In this document: positions 23,264 to 35,184 of the stretch, in pieces
Position numbering within the stretch: position 1 is the stretch's first letter
How the letters are laid out: every line of letters starts with the position of its first letter
DNA from: Glycera tridactyla
Taxonomy: Eukaryota
Assembly (NCBI GenBank): GCA_965644265.1
Contig: OZ286466.1
Location: forward strand, 96,782,001 to 96,846,000
DNA length: 64,000 bases
Direction: 5' to 3'
Program-made: the position numbers and the translations under genes
The notes under the pieces: model-generated
Seen by the model: the letters and a program-made list of their open reading frames with translations, nothing else
Told to the model about the DNA's origin: nothing
Databases searched by the model: none

Positions 23264-24759
23264 GTGAGATGTTATCGCTTAGCTAGCACCCATATGCCGT
23301 TGTCATTGTGTCAGCTAATACAGTGAAAGCTATCTTGGGAGACCCCTCTTTTGAGAGACCACCCTCTGATGGAAGACTGCTATTGTTTGTTTGTTTGTAG
23401 CAGTTACTTCAGATCAGGCCAGTGATGCAGTTCCTTTTAACCAGGTTGCAGTGGAAGACTAGGCTTATAGCCTGATGACACATTTTCGATTATTTGTCCT
23501 ATTGTATTTTCTACTACCCTATTCTGTATCGCCTGTCTAAATAAAGTTGTTGTCTTACTGTCCTTTACTTCACTCTCAAATGCCTCAGAAATTAGTCACT
23601 GCCATCCATAACAAGCGGTATGTTGAATCAGTCGATTTACTGCCCCCGAGCCATATGCTCAGTGTCCAGTTTGTTTGTTCAGGTATAACGTCCTTTCAAA
23701 AAACCTTTGGTTATAGCAGACTGAAAAACTGGAGATGCTGAAGAAAAGAGACAACAAACAGGGTCAGGGTTGACTGGACCATAGTGCGTCAACCTATACA
23801 CAACCATATTCAATCTCTGAAATCCAAGTCCTCACGATCTATCAGTCCCATCGCCGTCATACATCCAGTTATGATTCATGACCTAGGGGTCATTGCTATG
23901 ACCATCATTTTCAGGGTAAGAGATGTGCCAACCCTGAAAATTTCACTTTCTGACATGAATGTCTTTGTCTGCTTTAAGGGCTCTACTCAAAGGGCAATCA
24001 TCCGGCATATTCGGGTAGAATTTGGATCAATAGTAGAGCACGCAGTGTTTCTTACCCTCAGGTTTCACATTATCCCAATTATGGAGCACAAATGAATTGG
24101 AGGCCAAGGGCTCCAACGGGTGGTGGTGGACCACTAGTACCATCTACGAGCGACCAAAATTCTTTTGTTCCTCGTCCTTTACAGCCACAGTACAGACCGG
24201 CTTCCGACAACCGAAATTACAGGAATTCATCATATTCAACATCGACGAAGTCGCATCTATCAACCCCGATTTTCGAAAGTCGAGTTGGATTCATTGATAG
24301 AGATTTCATTGCAGCTGACACAAGGTGAGTTCCACAGTTATCCTGATAGGAGTCCGCCCGCCAAATGATATACCGGCTGGGATGATAGTGAAAATAACAG
24401 GCGGAGTATGGAGTGATGGGGATTGTTAGTTTGACTGGGTTTAACGTCCTTCTAACCACCTTGGGTTATATCGGACTGGAGTAATGAGCAGAACGTGCAA
24501 CATTGGCTGCGGAATGTGTGACGTCACCAGGGGAACACTAGCCGAATGTTGGTTTTGGACTCGTTTCAGGATCACCTGACTCCAGAAGTCAAACCCCGAG
24601 TTTGTCTTGAGTCTCTTTTTTATTTGTTTGTGAGTCTCGTGATTTCTTTGGTTGTTTGATATCATGCAAATAATCAAATATGTCTGCTGGATCGACTTTC
24701 ATGAAAAGGTGTGTCATATTTTTTACATTATAATACTTTACTCTAAACTTTAAATTTGT

Positions 24760-26200
24760 CGGCCTGATGGTCGAAGAGTCTGTTGACATTGCTGTCTTCA
24801 AGAAACTTATTATTTACATACAGATAGTAAAAGATGGCGCAATAACAGTTTATCTAGGTAAAAATGTTGATGTCCGGAGATGTCAACAATGTCGGTCAGT
24901 CTCATTTTTATCTGATGCAAATTTGCGATGCCAGGGCAAAATACATAACCACCAGGATCAAACTTGACAGTCTTTAGCTCAGCTGTCACAGGGGAATTTC
25001 AGAAAATTGATGTGTCAAGTGTTGGAATTTGTGGTGATTGGTACATGGCAGAAACTTGTAGCCTTGTTTGACAGCAATTTTTCCTGCTAAAATAGCTTTG
25101 TTAGACATCTCATCATTACATTTATGAGAATGCCCCACTTGTTTGTTTTATTCAGTCATGCAGTCAGAACAGTAAGTTTTCATAGTTTGTTGACAGGTCC
25201 AATCGTGAAAAGTGTCAGTGGTTTGTTTGTTTGTTTGAGGCTTAACGGCATGTATCAACCCACAGGATTATGTATGCCGTGTGTTCTTGGTTAATGAAAG
25301 CTAGATGGTCTCTCCCCTGCAGACATCACTCTCACAAACCCTGAACACAAGATGATGGGGAACTCCCTGAAAGGTTGTCAAATGGAAGTAGCTGATGGTT
25401 CAGACACACCCCTACCAACTCTCACTCTACAAAAAAATAACATATTGAACCTGATGATGGCATATCTAATTACATGTATGTAACTGGCTGGAAGCTAACA
25501 CTCAAGCCTGATAGCTATGCTTTTTTCACACAAAGCGCAGTACTTGAAACAAGGAAAAGCATTAAGTTCGGAGAATACTCAAACAATGTCTTCAATTACG
25601 AACTGTCAACTTCAAACCAGCTTTACAATCATGGCTTGCCCTATGCTTGCAGTACAATGCCATCACACAACCTAGTAAACCTAGTCGCAGCCCTAGTAAC
25701 CCAGAACTGGTGTGCCTGGTACCCGCGTTTTGCATAGTGACAATATCTGCTACAGGCAAACCATCAGCTACCTACACCTGAGACCATTCCACTGAAGAAA
25801 TAAGAAATTACTTAGAGGGATAGGAAAGAGGTGAAGAAAAAGAAATCTGGTGATAGTGCAATTTTGGTAGGAAATGCCTGAAGATAGGTGATAGAAAATT
25901 TTGAAGGTATGTTTTCATTCAACCCCCCATTCCAGAAGATATTGAGAAGAAGAGAAGGGATGATGCTACACCCAGGCCACATCATCCCCGATGGCAACAC
26001 TTCAGAGTAAAAGTCCCGCGCCCATTGGTGGCTGCCATCTATAGAGACCCTGGACTCCCACCCTACCCACTATTCAGTGATGGGATTTGGGTTGGGAAAA
26101 AACGGGTTTTTTTTGCTAGTAATCTGCATTCTGTGAACAAAAACACATTCTCTCCCATTTGAGCGATTGGTTTCGAGTCCTGTCAGCTGTTGAGCGATAT
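24760..26200 (+). pseudogene. hAT transposase relic split by a family-B insertion
   Basis: LMVEESVDIAVFKKLIIY (DEStD motif); after removing B the sequence reads SDGIWVGKK (SDGA...GKK-like). Confidence 0.6.
25221..26070 (-). mobile_element. Full-length family-B non-autonomous retroposon (~830-850 nt)
   Basis: (GTTT)n-gaggcttaacggc tail; conserved far end ccctggactcccaccctacccac; flanking tcagtg repeat. Confidence 0.88.
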
Positions 26201-26559
26201 CGATTGCAGTGCAAAGTGACAGCCCGTACTTGCACATAGAGGCGAGTAAAACAATATGATATTGACCAATGAATTAGTTCCCTACCTCATTGCCCACTCT
26301 TGGAAACATAATTTTAGCATTTATCAGGCTGGTTCATCCAGTGATTTTGAGCCGATCTTTGCTGATTGCGATCAGCAACACAAGCACTGCGATCTATGCG
26401 ATCACTCAGTTGTCGCCCTGATTTTTGAAGCAACGGATTTTTCACCAACTGCTGGTGTGTAAATGTGTTCTGGAGGAAGATTTCTCCAGTAATTCCATGT
26501 TTTGTGTCCGTTCTGGCATGTTTCAAGTGAAAACCATGAATCACGTTCCAAGCTTTGTT

Positions 26560-26690
26560 GATGGGTGTGTTTGAATTATGTCCTGATACGAATTTCCTCC
26601 AACAGTGGCGCTAACTGCAGCGACATGTCCTACGTGACCTTGCCTTCAGGACTTTGTACTCAGTCAGTCAGTTCTCAGCAGGTCTTCTGG
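26560..26690 (-). mobile_element. Internal fragment of the family-A LINE
   Basis: Matches ~16715-16855. Confidence 0.75.
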
Positions 26691-27140
26691 ACAACAACCA
26701 AGATTGATTCTACTTCCAGATGAAAGTCAAGTTCCTCCGCCTCCTGAACGGGCACGTATACAGATATCGATTGATGGTGAGTAGGACTTTTACTACCCTG
26801 TCACAGTTTCTTGTATTCTGTTCTTGGAGTTGGTTGTGGACTCCCCAGACTTATTCCGTGACACAATATGCCCTCTCATTCCTCTATTCAATCAACCATT
26901 ATCTTTTCGTAATTATCTACTCTTCCAGTACAATTACTAATTGTTTGTCTGCATGCCTAATTAATTTCTTTATTTTCTCTTCATGAACAGAACAGTTCCT
27001 GGAGAAGGTGGATACTTTAATTGAAGCAGAGAAGAAGCGCAATGCCCTCATGATTCAGCAGAATAAACGACTCATAAAACAACTCGCTATTCAACAACGG
27101 CTGATCGATCTGCAAACTGAACAGCTTTCATCCCAATGAG
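26690..27140 (+). pseudogene. Two exons and a GT-AG intron (26777-26990) of a coiled-coil C-terminus; paralogue ~41340-41560
   Basis: Splicing gives in-frame ...RIQISID/EQFLEKVDTLIEAEKKRNALMIQQNKRLIKQLAIQQRLIDLQTEQLSSQ*. Confidence 0.65.
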
Positions 27141-27574
27141 GTAAGTTATCAATGGATTAAATTCAACGTACAGTTATGTATCCAGGGTTGGTTGGTTGGT
27201 TCTGGTTCAACGTCACATCAGCACCATCTGGGCTATATTGTGACGCCCATGCAATGGGCATGGGTGGGATCTTCCAAGACTCGTCCTTCTGGGTCTCGAA
27301 AATTTATGAAATTCACGGGTATTAGGAATAGGGGCATCCCACCCATGGCCATTACATGGGCATTTGTTTGTTTGTCTGTTTGAGTTTAACGTCACTTAAA
27401 CCCACTTGGGTTATATCGGACTGAAAAAATTGAAAATGCTGAAGAAAAGAGTCACTGCCTGCCGGGGCCGTCCCTACTCTTTGCGAAAGACAGCAGTAGA
27501 TCTCTAACGTGCGTGAAGGAAAAGGCTCCTAAATACACGTTCGGCCTTTGATATCCCAGTCGACATGCACTGGG

Positions 27575-30330
27575 TTCTAACAATAGAGATTTCCATTCAA
27601 ATATAAGCACATATGGCCACTATATCCGAAAGCTTTACCTCGACGGCATGGATTATAGGCAATACGATATCGAATACAGGCAGCAGCGTGCTGATGACCT
27701 GATCAAATTAGATTGGACCATTGTCCGCCAGCCAATATATAACGGTCTGAGTTCACAAAAGTTAGTCTGCTAGTTCTAGTAACGGTAACAGTAACAACAA
27801 ATCTTTTAAACAGAAAAATCAGAATACAGAAAGTTTTGTCCATTTATCCCTAAGGGACATTGTTACGATTATCATTACCCGGGACGAACAGAGATTTGTG
27901 GTTTCAGACATGACTGCCCTGTGTGTGAGAAAGGCATTCATCAAGCGCACTCTTGTCGTATGTTTAACCCAAATCGCCATCGTTCCACTGCCAGTAGGCC
28001 TGGCTATCAGCCAAGAAATCCGCCTCCCATGAATTTTGGAAATCAGCAAGCACCCGCAAGCTATAATCAGGGCAATAACCCATTCGTGCAACATCCCACA
28101 AGCCCAGTTTTTCGCCCATTGCATGATCAAAGATTCCCACGGAGATGGTGATATATTGTAGTTTCACAACATGGCTTCTAAATTGCCGAGTCCCATATTT
28201 GCCAAATGTACTATCGAATATGTTAACTGCTTTTAAGTACAGGGAATTTTTGGTCGACGGATTTACCAATGGTTTCAATGTTGGGTGGTACGGTGTTTTT
28301 CATTCACACCCCAAGAATAACGCTAGATCTGTCATTGAAAAATTGCAGCTCAAGCTCTAGTAGATAAGGAGGTTAAGGCTGGTAGAGTTGGTTGGTTGGT
28401 TGGTGGTGATTTAACGTCACATCAGCACCATCTGGGCTATATTGTGACGCCCATGCAATGGGCATGGGTGGGATCTTCCAAGACTCCTCCTTCTAGGTCC
28501 CAAACGGAAGGTGAAATTATATGAAAATCACAGACACAATGTGTCATTTCAGAGGGAGGCTGGTAGAGTAGCTGGGCCTTTCAAAGAATATGATAATATC
28601 CCCACTCTCTCTCAGGGAGAAAAAAGATCCTGGGTCTTTTCGATTAATCCATGATCTTGCCTACCCATACGATTTTTCTTCCGTGAACTATGGCATATCT
28701 GAAATACACACCAAAGTCAGCTATCAGTCCCTGGGAGATGCAATAGACTTGATCAAATATGTAGGACAAGGATGCTTTATGTCTAAGTCTGACATAAAAT
28801 CAGCGTTTCGTCTTCTCCCCATTCACCCCAGCCAATAGCATTCATTTGGATTCAAAATTAACGGAAATTACTATTATGACATGTGCCTCGAAATGGGGTG
28901 TTCATGTGCCTTATCTGAAAAATTTCTTCGGCAGTACACTGGATTTTGGAAAACAAATTTAATGTTTATAATATAGTAGACTTTGTGGACGACTTTTTGA
29001 TGATAGATTATATATTTGATTCATGTGCTAAAGACCTCAATACTTTCATAAATGTAGCAAAATTATTAGGACCCTTTCACTTGCACCAGAAAAAACAACC
29101 ATACCTTCACAGAATATCATTTTTCTTGGTTTTGAGCTCTCTTCCACTTTAATGTCGTGCTCCATACTAAAAGAAAAATTATTAGAATATATGTCAGTAG
29201 TAAAAGAAACCATCAATAGGTCTTTGTGTTCTCTCCACGAAATGCAATCTGTCATAGGCAAGCTCCAGTGGACTTGCGCTGCCATTGTTCCCGGAAGACC
29301 GTTTCTACGTCGATTAATAGATTCCACCCGTTTTTTATCAGAGCCATATCGCAGGATCTCCATAGCACCTGATATGAAAGAGGATCTCAACCTGTGGTGG
29401 CAATTCATGCAGCAATATAATGGTATAACAATGTTTATTGACATGCGTCCATTACATTCTGATTCTTTACACATGTTCTCTGATGCTTTTGGACTTGCAG
29501 GGGCTACTTCTCTTGGGAAGTCATGGTTTGTCATTCATTATCCAGACTCCTAGCGTGATTTTCACATTCCAATCAGAGTTTCTACTCATTGTATTGTCAG
29601 TTCATATTTTTCGTAACAAGCTCCGTGATCATCACATCACCTTTCATTGCGACAATTATGCTGTAGTCGAGGTAATAAACAAGAAATCGACAAATTGACT
29701 ATCCTTAGACAATTATTCTTGTCTTCCCTATATTTTAATGTTTTAATATCAGCAATTCACGTACCGGGAAAGCACTAAACAATCGCTGATGGTCTATCCC
29801 GTCTAAAGATGTTCCCGATAATGATTGCACCATTTGTTTTTTTCTGAGATTTTTGCAAACAAGAGAATTCAGTTTTGGACTGATAATCAAGCCAATGTCA
29901 TGGCACTCAATTTCCAGTCTACAAAATACAATCATGTCATGGCTCTCATATGGAAGCTCGTTCTACAATGCCTCAATTTCAATGTGAAATTTACCGCTAA
30001 ACATGTCCCTGGAGTTGATAATGTTTTAGCTGACCGCTTATCTCGATTGCAGGGTATTCCAGATCTGGTCTCCCAATACAAACTTCTTCCAGTAATGGAG
30101 CAAATACCTCGGGAGCTGTTGCCAGCAAACTAAATAGGGATCTAGCCATTCTTGGACAATTCTCTAGCATCTTCTACAAGATGTTTGTTTGTTTGAGTTT
30201 AAGGAAAAGGCCTTTGATATCCCAGTCGGCATGCACTAGGTCATACTCGTCTTCTTGGCGGCATTTGGTTAATATGGCAACCATGTTAGGTGTTACATTG
30301 ACATTCCCGGTTACCGATTACTTCTTGGGT
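27575..30330 (+). mobile_element. Degenerate DIRS/Ngaro element: gag Cys/His tail, RT, RNase H, start of YR
   Basis: HDCPVCEKGIHQAHSC; KEVKAGRVAGPF (rebuilt across a C insert); SKSDIKSAFRLLP; DFVDDFL; LQWTCAAIVPGRPFLRRL; HVPGVDNVLADRLSR; LDNSLASST..SYSSSW. Confidence 0.9.
28389..28556 (-). mobile_element. Full-length family-C copy inside the DIRS RT
   Basis: TSD aggctggtagagt (28376-28388, 28557-28569). Confidence 0.92.
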
Positions 30331-30544
30331 TTGTTTATTGCACAGCTGGTTAGTGAGGGTTTGTTTGTTTGTTTGAGTTTAACGTCACTTAAACCCGCTT
30401 GGGTTATATCGGACTGGAAAAACTGAAAATGTTGAAGAAAAGAGTCACTACCTGCCGGGGGCCGTCCCTACTCTTTGCGATAGAAAGCAGTCGTTCGTTA
30501 ACGTGCGTAAAGGAAAAGGCTCCTGAATACACGGCCAGCCTTTG

Positions 30545-33500
30545 ATATCCGGCAGCACCTGTGGGTGTCACTGTCTCTGGGTCCAGAAATATGCTGGCCA
30601 CTTTTGACAGATCTTTTGCAACTATAACTAAGGCTATGGCCGATATGCAAACCATATTTGTACAATCACAGAGGGCCACAAACTTGATATTACGAACCTT
30701 TTCTACAGAACTTTTCAAATTAAAGAATGTCAATGTTCCAGCTACTATTCCTGAACCCAGAATATCGACATCGATTGTCCATGCCTTTGCGGTGTCTTCA
30801 AGTGATGTTTTCTCTGATGTAAATGTATTACACAATGCTTCTGTTTCAAATGACCACTCACAACACTCAAATGCACACATGCAGTCCACCCTGGGTCAGG
30901 GATACCAAATGATGGGGGCTATACACAGGGACCGATACCATCGGTAGTTCCACAACAATTCTTTTCCACTTCGCAGTCCGCCACACTCACAAACCTAGTC
31001 ACAGGTCCGGGACAGGCGCTAGCGCCCGATGTGGGTAGCACATCGTTCACTCCGGCAGTTATGGGGATGCAACCACCGAGTTATTCTAATGTACAGTCTC
31101 AGTTAGGTGGTGATCGACAGCAGGCTAATGCGCAGGCAATCAAGGATAACATTGCTAGAATTTTACAGGGGGCGGGGCTCACACCTCCCACTACACTAGC
31201 TAGCCCAGTAGCGTTTAATACCCTCACTAATGATCAAGCTGGTGATATTTTATCCGCCTTGACTAAGCCCGTTGAACCACGGTGCGTGGTTACGGCAGGA
31301 CTCCCTTTAGGAGCAACAGTCGATATGAAGATAAAAACGAAGATTTGGGCCGACCAATTTATTGAGTTCGAGGAAATATTGTTCCAGGATGGACGCTCCA
31401 AATATTCTCTACATAGAGCTGACTCCAGCGAGGAGTTTTAGGTTGTTAAGATGGACAAGAAGATAACGACGATCAGTCAATGGTCTCAGGCCTTCGATAT
31501 TTTTGTCGCGGTGTACATACAGAGGCCTGACCCAGTAAGACACTTGCTCGAACTCCTAACTTATGGTAGGGAGATTAAGCGACTTGCTGAAAGGAAGTGT
31601 GATGTTTTGCTTTACGACGAACTTTTCAGACATGAGAGGTCCAGGATGCTACATCCATACTCCTGGGCCTCCTACAGAGAAGACCTTTACCACGAGGCTG
31701 TTCATAGTGAACTCTCCTCAGATACTGACAAGTCTAAGAATAATAACGGCGCCGGTAACAAAAATGCTAAGTCAACTAAGAACAATGCACGCAAGGGCCC
31801 AATAATACCGCGCGGTAACTGTTATGCATTTCACACGTCTGGAATGCAATGCCCATCAGGAAGGGACAGCCCCTACTCACACACTTGCTTCAAGTGTAAG
31901 CATGACGGACACCCTCAAGTCATGTGCAAGGCCAACTCCAACAAATCAGACAAAACGAGTTCACCCACAACTCCCAACTCCAGTTCGAAGTGAGGTCCTG
32001 GAATCGTATATAAGGGATATGATCAGGGTGAAACAGCCTTCTTGGTGGGGGGCTTCAAATTGGGGTTTTCTACTGGATACACTGGTGAGTCCCAACAAAA
32101 TGCAGACAGGAATTCGCTTCTGGTACAGCAATTGCCTGGGCCAACTAGATCCAGTTAGGTAGAATTAAGGGCCCCTTCAGACAGAAACCTTTTAATATTC
32201 ATATTTCGCCCATTAATATCAAGAAGTCGGTGCAGGGTAAATATTCTGCACAACCTTTCCTATCCTTTTGAAGGACCGTCCTTGAATGCTGGTATTCCTG
32301 ACACCGCTAAACACGTACAGTATTCATCACTTCAAGATGTGATCGATATTGTGTTGTCCTTGGGCCCGGGGGCATTTCTGGCGAGGAGTGACATAAAATC
32401 AGCTTTCAGGCTTTTGCCCATACTTCCGTCTGAGCACAATCTCCTTGGCTTTATTTTCGAAAATAACTACTACTATGATACCTGCATGGCGATGGGGTGC
32501 GCCTCGAGCTGCCAGACTTTTGAACGTTTTTTACGTGCATTGCACTGGATCATAGATGAAAAATTTGGTGTTAATAATGTTGTACACATTTTGGACGATT
32601 ATCTCATGGTGGCGAGCACCAGGGTGCAGGCATAGGCTCATTTGGACACTTTTACTAAAGTGTGTGGCAAACTGGGTGTTGCTTTATCTCTGGACAAAAC
32701 GGAGGGACCATCACAAGTCCTCACCTTTTTAGGGGTAGAGCTGGATAGTGTCAATATGCAGGCTCGATTGCCTCATAAGAAAGTAATTGAATATAGACTG
32801 GCAGTCGAGGCAGCACTACATTGGCCTCATTGTACAGTGAAGCAGCTCCAATCTATCCTGGGGAAGCTACAGTGGGCGACTGCTGTAGTTTTCCCTGGTA
32901 GGGCTTTCCTAAGAAGATTGACTGATTTATTGATTGGAAAGTCAGATTCACAAGAAGTTATATATCTGGACAGAGCTGCCAAGCTTGATTTAATTATGTG
33001 GAGGCAATTCCTGTTGAGTTCAATGGAGTTGCCTTCTTCTTGCCTGATTGAATCCTCACATCTAATGACTTACAGTTATTCACGGACGCTTCTTTCAAAG
33101 CAGGAGCGGCAGTATTAGGGTCTCGCTGGTTTGTGGTGGAGTATCCCAAAGAGTGGGGTGAATTAGGTATCATGTTCCTTGAAATGTTTCCTATTGTTAT
33201 CGCTACATACGTTTTTGGACTTTTTTTGCCAACAAAAGAGTTCAATTTTGGACCGATGACCAGGCCAATGTGATGGCTATTAATTTCCAGTCTGTTAAGA
33301 ATCAATTAGTAATGTCTCTCATTAGGAAGCTTGTTCTTCATTGTTTGTGCTTCAACATCAAATTTACCGCCAGACATGTCCCTGGGGTCAGAGCCATCTG
33401 TCGTTGAGGGGCGCTATTACGCCCAATTGTTTATAGCTCTTTTCTCTTGGGCATACTTTGCATGCATGCGCATTGGGGAACTAGTATTATCTACAGAAAT

Positions 33501-34760
33501 TGATCATGTTGTTGGGATGCAAAATTTGTCTTGGCGTCGGGAAAACGGGTTGGTGTATTACTTGAAGGTTCCTACTTTTAAGCACTTGAGGGGGAGACAA
33601 GTAACTTTAAAAATCTCTCAGAAGAATTTATCGGCGTGCCCAGTCCTGGCTATAAGCAGGTTTCTCACATCCAGGGGCACCACAGGTGAATACCTGTTTT
33701 CTCACCCTGACTTGCGACCAGTCACAAGGGACCACGCGGCTCATGTCTTGCGTGATGCTTTGCGTTTTATTGGCATTGAGCCGTCATTGTACTGCACTCA
33801 CTCTTTCAGAGTGGGACGGGCCACTGACCTCTATGCATCGGGGTATACTGATGCTCAACTGCGAGCGATTGGGCGATGGAATTCTGATGCTTTTCATGTT
33901 TATTTGAGGTTTGTTTGTTTGTTTAAGTTTAACGTCACTTAAACCCACTTGGGTTATATCGGACTGAAAAACTGAAAATGCTGAAGAAAAGAGTCACTGC
34001 TTGCCGGGGGCCGTCCCTACTCTTTGCGAAAGACAGCAGTGGATCTTTAACGTGCGTCAAGGAAAAGACTCCTATCAGCACGGCCGGCCTTTGATATCCC
34101 AGTCGGCATGCACTGGGTTGACTATTTCAAGTGCTAATTTCTCTATGACTGGGGGGGGGGGCGGGGGACAGTACTCTCCATGTCCAGTAACTGCGTTTTG
34201 GGGCTCCTATACTGGTGCAGGATAGGAATTTGGCGTATTCAGTTACTAGACATACTTATCCTCAAATAGAGCAGTTTTATTAATTCTGAAATCATATTTG
34301 ATGCATTCAATGCTGATTTGATAATGTCTTCACAGCAGTTTTATAGAATGATAAGTGTACATTTGTTTTTTGGTTTTGTTGGGGGTTTGACGTTACGTCA
34401 GCTCCATCTGGGCTATATTGTGACGCCCATGCAATTTCGGGAATGAAGAACTTCGTACCTTGCCTATTACGGAAACACCTCGTATGGTGGCTCAGAATGT
34501 ATTTGATTTGTGTAGGTCATTTTCCCGCGATTATGAAGTGGATGCAATTGTGAATCTGGCCTGTCTGAAACGATGTACCAATCTGTTATGTAGTGTGGAT
34601 GAGTTCTCCAACCTTACACAGCAGTATAATGAGAAGTTAAAGTCTCTCTGTAGTCACAGCACAGTTTGTTCATTCCACCGTATGTCAGGTTTCTTCACTC
34701 ATCATCATCTCACACAGGACATTAACCTGCCGATTACGGACTTCACCGGATATAACTTCC
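30545..34760 (+). mobile_element. Best-preserved Ngaro-like YR retrotransposon: gag (31031-31993), RT/RNase H (~31960-33390), YR (~33400-33908), SGNH hydrolase (~34150-34760)
   Basis: gag WSQAFDIFVAVY...YDELFR and Cys/His knuckle; ARSDIKSAFRLLP, HILDDYL, FTDASF; YFACMRIGEL...CPVLAI...YCTHSFRVGRAT...IGRWNSDAFHVY; downstream FWGS...YNEKLKSLC SGNH-like frame. Confidence 0.9.
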
Positions 34761-35029
34761 TGAGGTACCCGCTTGGGTTATATCGGACTGAAAAAACTGA
34801 AAATGCTGAAGAAAAGAGTCACTGCCTGTTCGTTGTTTGTTTGTTTGTTTGAGTTCAACGTCACTTAAACCCGCATGGGTTATATCGGACTGAAAAAACT
34901 GAAAATGCTGAAGAAAAGAGTCACTGCCTGCCGGGGGCTGTCCCTACTCTTTGTGAAAGACAGCAGTGGATCTTTAACTTGGGAGGGATCATTCAAGACT
35001 CCTCCTTCTGGATCCCTAACAGAAGGCGA

Positions 35030-35184
35030 AAATTTATGGAATTCAGACACTCGAGGAAAATTTCATAAATTTCATTCGGCCAAAAAAGAAGGGCAAGTAC
35101 CGTTTAATCCAGGACCTATCGTATCCGTACGACAAGACATCTATAAATGGATTGATCCCGGACTCAAGAGGCTTGCGTATCTTA
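35030..35184 (+). pseudogene. DIRS RT fragment that is the Harbinger target
   Basis: KKEGKYRLIQDLSYPYDKTSING; rejoined across the TTA TSD it reads ..CVSYASV, matching VSYxSV in sister RTs. Confidence 0.75.

Noticed and set aside
25990-26065. Canonical HDV or hammerhead ribozyme at the B 5' end
   Set aside because: No GG after the P1' candidate, wrong J4/2 spacing, and no CUGAnGA/GAAA pair; kept only as a non-canonical candidate.
30183-30239. Tail inserts as GT...AG introner-like introns
   Set aside because: This insert starts GT and ends AG, but removing it leaves the YR frame one base short (aga t|gt cat rather than aga agg tca). Other inserts have TPRT-type TSDs and no AG end.
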